Shown: one piece after another, positions 58,513-64,000 of the stretch
Layout: every line of letters begins with the position of its first letter
Numbering within the stretch: position 1 is the first letter of the stretch
Source of the DNA: Candidatus Altiarchaeota archaeon
GTDB taxonomy: Archaea; Altiarchaeota; Altiarchaeia; IMC4; SCGC-AAA252-I15
Direction of reading: 5' to 3'
Assembly (NCBI GenBank): GCA_043800255.1
Contig: JAZDNF010000013.1
Span: 32,001 to 96,000, forward strand
DNA: 64,000 bases
Made by a program: the position numbers and the translations under genes
Notes under the pieces: generated by a model
Databases searched by the model: none
Told to the model about the DNA's origin: nothing
What the model saw: only the letters and a program-made list of their open reading frames with translations

Positions 58513-59802
58513 ATGAGGATTTCAGTGGTTGGGGGAGGCTATGTCGGCCTTATAACGTCGGCAGGCTTCGCTGAGAAGGGGCATACGGTAGTATGCGTTG
58601 ATGTTGACGGGGACAAGGTCAGGCAGATAAACGGCAAAAGGAGCCCAATATATGAGAAACAGCTTGATAGCATACTGGAGTCGGTAGTCCCGAAAAAGCT
58701 GAAAGCATCCTCTAATCTGGAGGACGCGGTCCTCGGCTCAGAGCTTACGTTCATATGCGTTGGCACACCATCGGAGGATGGCGGCAGCGTTGACCTGAGG
58801 TATGTGAGGGAGGTTTCGGAGCAGATTGGCAGAATCCTGAAGAAGAAGAGAGAGTACCATCTTGTCGTGGTCAAGAGCACCGTCGTGCCAGGCTCCACCG
58901 ACGGCACTGTCATACCACTCCTTGAGAAGCACTCCAGCAAAAAGGCTGGGAAGGACTTTGGCGTCGCAATGAACCCGGAGTTTCTGAGGGAGGGCAACGC
59001 CGTCGAAGACTTCAGAAATCCGGACAGGATAGTGATAGGCTCCCTCGATGACAGGTCAGGGGACATCCTCGAAAAACTGTACTTCGAATTCAAGTCTCCT
59101 GTGCTGAGAGTCAACCTGAAAACCGCTGAGATGATAAAGTACGCCTCAAATTCTTTCCTAGCCCTGAAAGTGAGCTTCATAAACGAGGTTGGCAACATAT
59201 GTAAGAAGCTTGGGGTTGACGTCTACGACGTCGCGAGGGGAGTGGGACTGGACCACAGGATTTCGCCCTCCTTCCTGAGGGCGGGCCCGGGCTGGGGAGG
59301 CTCCTGCTTTCCCAAGGACGTGTCAGCGTTGGCTTACAAGGCTAATGAGGTTGGAGTGGAACCGAGGATGCTGAACGCTGCGCTGGAGGTTAACAGAGAC
59401 CAGCCGAAGGTTTTTGTCAATCTTGTTAAGAGCAGAATCAAACTGAAGGGCAAAAGGGCGGCTGTTCTCGGCCTCACTTTCAAGGCTGACACAGACGACG
59501 TCAGAGACAGCCCTGCCATTCCGATAATAAACCTGCTCTTGGATGAGGGCGCGAATGTTGTCGGCTACGACCCGAAAGGGACTGAGAATGCTAAAAAAAT
59601 ATTAAAAAACAGGATAGAGTACGCATCCTCTGTGAGGGAGGCTCTCAAGGATGCTGATGTGGCTCTCATAGTCACAGAGTGGGCTGAATTCCAGAAGATA
59701 GACTTCAGTCCGATGAAAACCAAAAGGGTGTTCGACAGCAGGAAGATACTGAACGAGGATTTATTGCCTGAAGACGTAGAGTATGAGGGTATTTGTTGGT
59801 AG
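58513..59802 (+). CDS. ugd: UDP-glucose 6-dehydrogenase
   Basis: GGGYVG, VGTP, KSTV, NPEFLREG, GGSCFPKD. Confidence 0.95.
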   Translation: MRISVVGGGYVGLITSAGFAEKGHTVVCVDVDGDKVRQINGKRSPIYEKQLDSILESVVPKKLKASSNLEDAVLGSELTFICVGTPSEDGGSVDLRYVREVSEQIGRILKKKREYHLVVVKSTVVPGSTDGTVIPLLEKHSSKKAGKDFGVAMNPEFLREGNAVEDFRNPDRIVIGSLDDRSGDILEKLYFEFKSPVLRVNLKTAEMIKYASNSFLALKVSFINEVGNICKKLGVDVYDVARGVGLDHRISPSFLRAGPGWGGSCFPKDVSALAYKANEVGVEPRMLNAALEVNRDQPKVFVNLVKSRIKLKGKRAAVLGLTFKADTDDVRDSPAIPIINLLLDEGANVVGYDPKGTENAKKILKNRIEYASSVREALKDADVALIVTEWAEFQKIDFSPMKTKRVFDSRKILNEDLLPEDVEYEGICW

Positions 59803-59819
59803 AATACGATAGGTTTAAG

Positions 59820-60680
59820 ATGAAAGTCAGAAAAGCGGTGATACCTGCAGCAGGTCTGGGGACGAGGTTTCTGCCTGCGACGAAGGCGCAACCTAAGGAG
59901 ATGCTCCCGCTGGTTGACAAGCCTGCGATACAGTTCGCGGTGGAGGAAGCTGTTGCCTCAGGCATAAGGGACATTCTCATCATAACCGGGAGAGGCAAGC
60001 GCGCCATAGAGGACCACTTCGACCGTTCTCTGGAACTGGAGCAGTCCCTTAAGAAGTCAGGCAAGAGAACCCTTCTGAAGGAGATGATAGACATCTCAGA
60101 GCTGGCTGACATCCATTTCATAAGGCAGAAGCAACCCTCGGGGTTAGGCCATGCGATACTGTGCGCTGAGAAGCACGTCGGGAGCGAACCATTCGCCGTA
60201 ATGCTCGGCGACGATATCGTGCACTCTAAGGTGCCTTGCACCGCGCAGATCATGAGATTGCACCACAAGTACGACGCTCCCATAATAGCGATAGAGGAGG
60301 TTCCCAAGCACATGATAGAAAGCTACGGCATAATCGACGGCGAAAAAGTGGAGGATTCGGTTTACTTCGTCAGGGATTTGGTTGAGAAGCCGAAGCCTGA
60401 GAATGCCCCCTCCAACCTGGGCATAATCGGCAGGTACATCCTGACCCCCGAGATATTCAAAGCCGTTAGGAGAACTAAAAAAGGCAAGGGCGGCGAGGTG
60501 CAGCTTACCGACGCCTTACGGATATTGAACAAGGAGACGAGCATATTCGCCTGCGACTTCGAGGGCGTCAGATACGACTTGGGGAACAAGATGGACTACC
60601 TCAAGGCCACAGTAGATTACGCGCTTATGAGGAAGGACATCGCCCCGGAGTTCAGGAAATACCTGAAGAGTTTAAGATGA
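59820..60680 (+). CDS. galU: UTP-glucose-1-phosphate uridylyltransferase
   Basis: [35 protein letters not shown]. Confidence 0.96.
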   Translation: MKVRKAVIPAAGLGTRFLPATKAQPKEMLPLVDKPAIQFAVEEAVASGIRDILIITGRGKRAIEDHFDRSLELEQSLKKSGKRTLLKEMIDISELADIHFIRQKQPSGLGHAILCAEKHVGSEPFAVMLGDDIVHSKVPCTAQIMRLHHKYDAPIIAIEEVPKHMIESYGIIDGEKVEDSVYFVRDLVEKPKPENAPSNLGIIGRYILTPEIFKAVRRTKKGKGGEVQLTDALRILNKETSIFACDFEGVRYDLGNKMDYLKATVDYALMRKDIAPEFRKYLKSLR

Positions 60681-61609
60681 GAGTCCTTGTGACAGGGGGG
60701 GCAGGCTTCATAGGAAGCCACCTCTGCGGATTATTGATGGAAAGAGGCGACAGCGTCGTCTGCATGGACAACCTCATAACAGGCTCCAGAGAGAACGTCA
60801 GGCACCTGACAGGCAACAAAAAGTTCTCCTTCATCGAGCATGACGTCACCAAGCACATCACCGTTGACGGGAAACTGGACTGCATCCTCCATTTCGCATC
60901 CCCGGCGAGCCCAATAGACTATTTGCAGCTTCCAATCCAAACGCTGAAGGTCGGCTCTCTAGGAACCCATAACACGTTGGGGCTGGCGAAGGCCAAGAAA
61001 GCCAAATATTTGTTAGCTTCAACCTCAGAAGTCTACGGCGACCCATTAGAGCATCCGCAGAGGGAGTCCTACTGGGGCAACGTGAACCCGATAGGCCCGA
61101 GGGGAGTCTACGACGAGGCTAAGAGGTTCGCTGAGGCGATGGTGATGGCCTACCACAACGTCCATAAAGTTGACACCAGGATTGCGAGAATATTCAACAC
61201 CTACGGCCCGAGGATGAGATTGGAGGACGGGCGGGTCGTTCCAGCATTCATAGGGCAGGCTCTCAGGAATGAGCCTCTCACAGTGTTCGGCGATGGCTCC
61301 CAGACGAGGAGCTTCTGCTACGTCTCAGACCTGGTTGACGGCATCATAAAGTTGATGGACTCCGGCGAACATGATCCTGTCAATCTTGGTAATCCAGTCG
61401 AGAAGAGCATTCTCGAGTTCGCAAAGATCATCAAAAGGCTCACAGGCTCCGATTCTGAGATAACCTTCAAGCCTCTCCCAGTCGACGACCCAAAAGTGAG
61501 ATGCCCTGACATCACGAGGGCTAAGAAGGTTCTGGGCTGGTCTCCGAAAGTAAAACTCGAGGACGGCTTGAAAGAGACCATCCGATATTTTAAGGATAAA
61601 GGAGTATAG
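60677..61609 (+). CDS. UDP-glucuronate decarboxylase (UDP-xylose synthase)
   Basis: [32 protein letters not shown]. Confidence 0.92.
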   Translation: MRVLVTGGAGFIGSHLCGLLMERGDSVVCMDNLITGSRENVRHLTGNKKFSFIEHDVTKHITVDGKLDCILHFASPASPIDYLQLPIQTLKVGSLGTHNTLGLAKAKKAKYLLASTSEVYGDPLEHPQRESYWGNVNPIGPRGVYDEAKRFAEAMVMAYHNVHKVDTRIARIFNTYGPRMRLEDGRVVPAFIGQALRNEPLTVFGDGSQTRSFCYVSDLVDGIIKLMDSGEHDPVNLGNPVEKSILEFAKIIKRLTGSDSEITFKPLPVDDPKVRCPDITRAKKVLGWSPKVKLEDGLKETIRYFKDKGV

Positions 61610-61616
61610 TCTGCAG

Positions 61617-62540
61617 ATGGCTGAGAAAGTTCTTGTCACCGGTGGAGCAGGCTTCATAGGAAGCCGCATCGTCGATCTGCTTATAGGGAAGGGCTACTCT
61701 GTTGCAGTCGTCGACAACCTTAGCACAGGCAGGAGGGAGAATCTCAACAAGAAGGTAGCATTCTACGAGCATGACATACGCCAGCCTCTGGACAGGATAT
61801 TCGAGAAGGAGAAGCCGGATTTTGTCTGCCATCAGGCTGCGCAGGTGAACGTCCGCAACTCACTTAATGATCCGGTCTTCGACGCATCAACCAACGTTCT
61901 CGGATCGTTGAACGTTTTAGAATGCTGCAGGAAGTTTGAAATAGAAAAAGTAGTGTACTCTTCCTCTGGGGGAGCAGTGTACGGCGAGCCTGAGAGGCTG
62001 CCGTGCGACGAAGACCATCCTATCAGCCCCATCTGCCCTTACGGCGTCTCAAAGTACATTGTCGAAAAATATCTTGCAGCCTATGACAGCGTCTACGGCC
62101 TGAAGCACACCATCCTCAGGTATGGCAACGTCTACGGTCCCAGGCAGGATCCGATGGGAGAGGCAGGCGTCGTCGCAATCTTCGTCGACAGATTCTTAAA
62201 GGGCAATGCCCCTACGATAAACGGCGATGGAAACCAGACTAGGGATTTCGTCTACGTGGGGGATGTGGCAAACGCCAACCTCATGGCGCTTGAGAAGAAG
62301 GCTGCTGGGAGGGCGTACAACATCGGCACAGGGGTTGAGACCTCAGTCAACGACATAACCAGGACGCTTATGAGCATCATGAAACCAGATGTGAAGCCTG
62401 TCAACGGCCCGTCTATTGCCGGGGAGGTTAACAGGATCTGCTTGAACGTGGAACGCGCCAGGAAGGAGTTAGGCTGGGTTCCGAATATAAGATTGGAGGA
62501 GGGTCTGCGGGAGACTGTGGGCTGGTTCAGGAAAAAATGA
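61617..62540 (+). CDS. NAD-dependent sugar 4-epimerase (GalE-like)
   Basis: [31 protein letters not shown]. Confidence 0.9.
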   Translation: MAEKVLVTGGAGFIGSRIVDLLIGKGYSVAVVDNLSTGRRENLNKKVAFYEHDIRQPLDRIFEKEKPDFVCHQAAQVNVRNSLNDPVFDASTNVLGSLNVLECCRKFEIEKVVYSSSGGAVYGEPERLPCDEDHPISPICPYGVSKYIVEKYLAAYDSVYGLKHTILRYGNVYGPRQDPMGEAGVVAIFVDRFLKGNAPTINGDGNQTRDFVYVGDVANANLMALEKKAAGRAYNIGTGVETSVNDITRTLMSIMKPDVKPVNGPSIAGEVNRICLNVERARKELGWVPNIRLEEGLRETVGWFRKK

Positions 62541-63601
62541 GTAAGGTAGCTGTTCTCAGGACTAAACCGGATACCGTATTAGATGATTACGGCAGGCTGA
62601 TGCATCTTGCAGACTATGAGCGGTTCCTGCCTAAGGAGAGGGAGACCATCCTTAAGTTGAACCTCTCCTGGAGCCTTTACTTCCCGTCCTGCAGCACCGA
62701 GCCATGGCAGCTGGAGGGCGTCCTCAGGACGATGGCCGGAGACGGCTATAAGAGGATTATCCCGGTCGAGAACAAGACTGTGGTAACAAAGCCGTGGGTT
62801 GGCGCCAGACTGAACAAGTGGCTTCCCATACTGGAAAAGTACAAACTCAAATTCACTCCACTGCCTGATGTGAAGTGGATTCCCTATAAGCCCAAAGTTG
62901 ATGTTCCGGCGATGGATGAGATCTTCCCGGACGGCTTCATGATTCCGGAAATGTTTATCGGAAAGAATGTCATGCATCTGCCGACACAGAAGGTCCATGG
63001 CCACTCCGTCATCACTGGAGCGATGAAGAACGCCTTCGGCGGTTTATTGACGACGAGAAGGCATCACTCCCACAGGCTCATGCATGGGATACTGGTTGAC
63101 CTCCTGAAGATTCAGAAGGAAATTCATCCTGGAATCTTCGCCGTTGTTGACGGCACGGTCTGCGGCGACGGCGCAGGCCCGAGGGCGATGATTCCCAAGG
63201 TCAAGAACTACATTCTCGCCTCCGACGACCAGGTCGCAGTAGACGCAATATCTGCGAAGATGATGGGCTTCGATCCTATGAAGATCGGATTCATCAGGCT
63301 GGCGCATGAGGAAGGCCTGGGAGTGGGAGACCCTGACCAGATCGAAGTCGTCGGCGATGACATCTCAGGCGTCAACTACCATTTTAAGACTGAGAAGAGC
63401 CTAGTCATCAGAGGCGACCAACTTTTCAGGAGTGGGACGCTCAGCTTCATGGAGCCGGTCGTATTCCACACCCCAATCTTCAAATTATGCATCCTCGCTT
63501 CAGCCGTCTTCCACGATTACATATGGTATCCTACGGTGGGGAAGAAGAGGATAAACGAGTTCATGAGGACAGACTGGGGCAGGCTCTTCCAGCAGTATTA
63601 G
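62537..63601 (+). CDS. DUF362 family Fe-S protein
   Basis: LKLN, KVHGHS.ITGAMKNAFG, VDG..GDGAGP, DQVAVDA. Confidence 0.8.
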   Translation: MSKVAVLRTKPDTVLDDYGRLMHLADYERFLPKERETILKLNLSWSLYFPSCSTEPWQLEGVLRTMAGDGYKRIIPVENKTVVTKPWVGARLNKWLPILEKYKLKFTPLPDVKWIPYKPKVDVPAMDEIFPDGFMIPEMFIGKNVMHLPTQKVHGHSVITGAMKNAFGGLLTTRRHHSHRLMHGILVDLLKIQKEIHPGIFAVVDGTVCGDGAGPRAMIPKVKNYILASDDQVAVDAISAKMMGFDPMKIGFIRLAHEEGLGVGDPDQIEVVGDDISGVNYHFKTEKSLVIRGDQLFRSGTLSFMEPVVFHTPIFKLCILASAVFHDYIWYPTVGKKRINEFMRTDWGRLFQQY

Positions 63602-64000
63602 CCGTATGCCCTTATTATCAGGAAGCTCACTATCATCCAGAGGAAGAATGCTAACACCATCTGCATGTCCTTGAAAAGGTACTCTGTCTTCCTGGCTGCG
63701 ACATGGTCTGTTGACACAAAATAGAGGTACCTGAATATCATGAACGTCGCGAAGGGTATGGTCAACATCATGTACGGTTTCTCGTGGACTATGAACGTGT
63801 ACAGGCTGTAGTTGAACAATAAGGTGGTGGTTATTACCATGATAAGCATGTTCAGGAGCTTCTCATTGTACACGTTGTAGACGCTCTTATGGTTTACCGC
63901 CCCCTTCCCCAGGAGATGGTATTCTGCCTTCCTTTTGCTGACTCCGAGGAACAGGGCCATGAAGAACACCGTCGTGATCAGCCAGGGACTGGCTGTCACC
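63598..64000 (-). CDS. UbiA-family prenyltransferase, decaprenyl-phosphate phosphoribosyltransferase-like (C-terminal part)
   Basis: SPWL..ALFLG.SKRKAE, YSLYT, TIPF..F.IFRYLY. Confidence 0.8.
   Translation of the reverse strand, partial: VTASPWLITTVFFMALFLGVSKRKAEYHLLGKGAVNHKSVYNVYNEKLLNMLIMVITTTLLFNYSLYTFIVHEKPYMMLTIPFATFMIFRYLYFVSTDHVAARKTEYLFKDMQMVLAFFLWMIVSFLIIRAYG

Overview
A densely coding archaeal chromosomal segment. It carries form III RuBisCO, PriL, RFC-L, CDC48, eS1, uS15, Pcc1, Dph2 and an archaeal-type AlaRS. The Cys- and Thr-rich surface proteins suggest Ca. Altiarchaeota or a related lineage (inference only). Most genes are housekeeping: tRNA modification, purine/His/aromatic biosynthesis, inositol lipids, glnA-glnK-amtB and nucleotide sugars. 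No rRNA, tRNA, CRISPR array, integrase or transposase was seen. Highlights: (1) a 1391-aa three-part fusion of a SerK-like (ParB/Srx fold) serine kinase, a class V PLP aminotransferase and a ~500-aa degenerate helical repeat tail, next to an orphan Mre11 and an uncalled 32-aa Lys/Arg-rich peptide; (2) recombinase-free cassettes bounded by short duplications of host sequence, namely two TA modules stacked at one site and an AT-rich insert at the mscS 3' end; (3) a mirror-image synonymous-site skew in host genes flanking the inserts; (4) several palindromic operator candidates and a candidate uS15 leader. All family calls come from motif recognition by eye, not from database searches.
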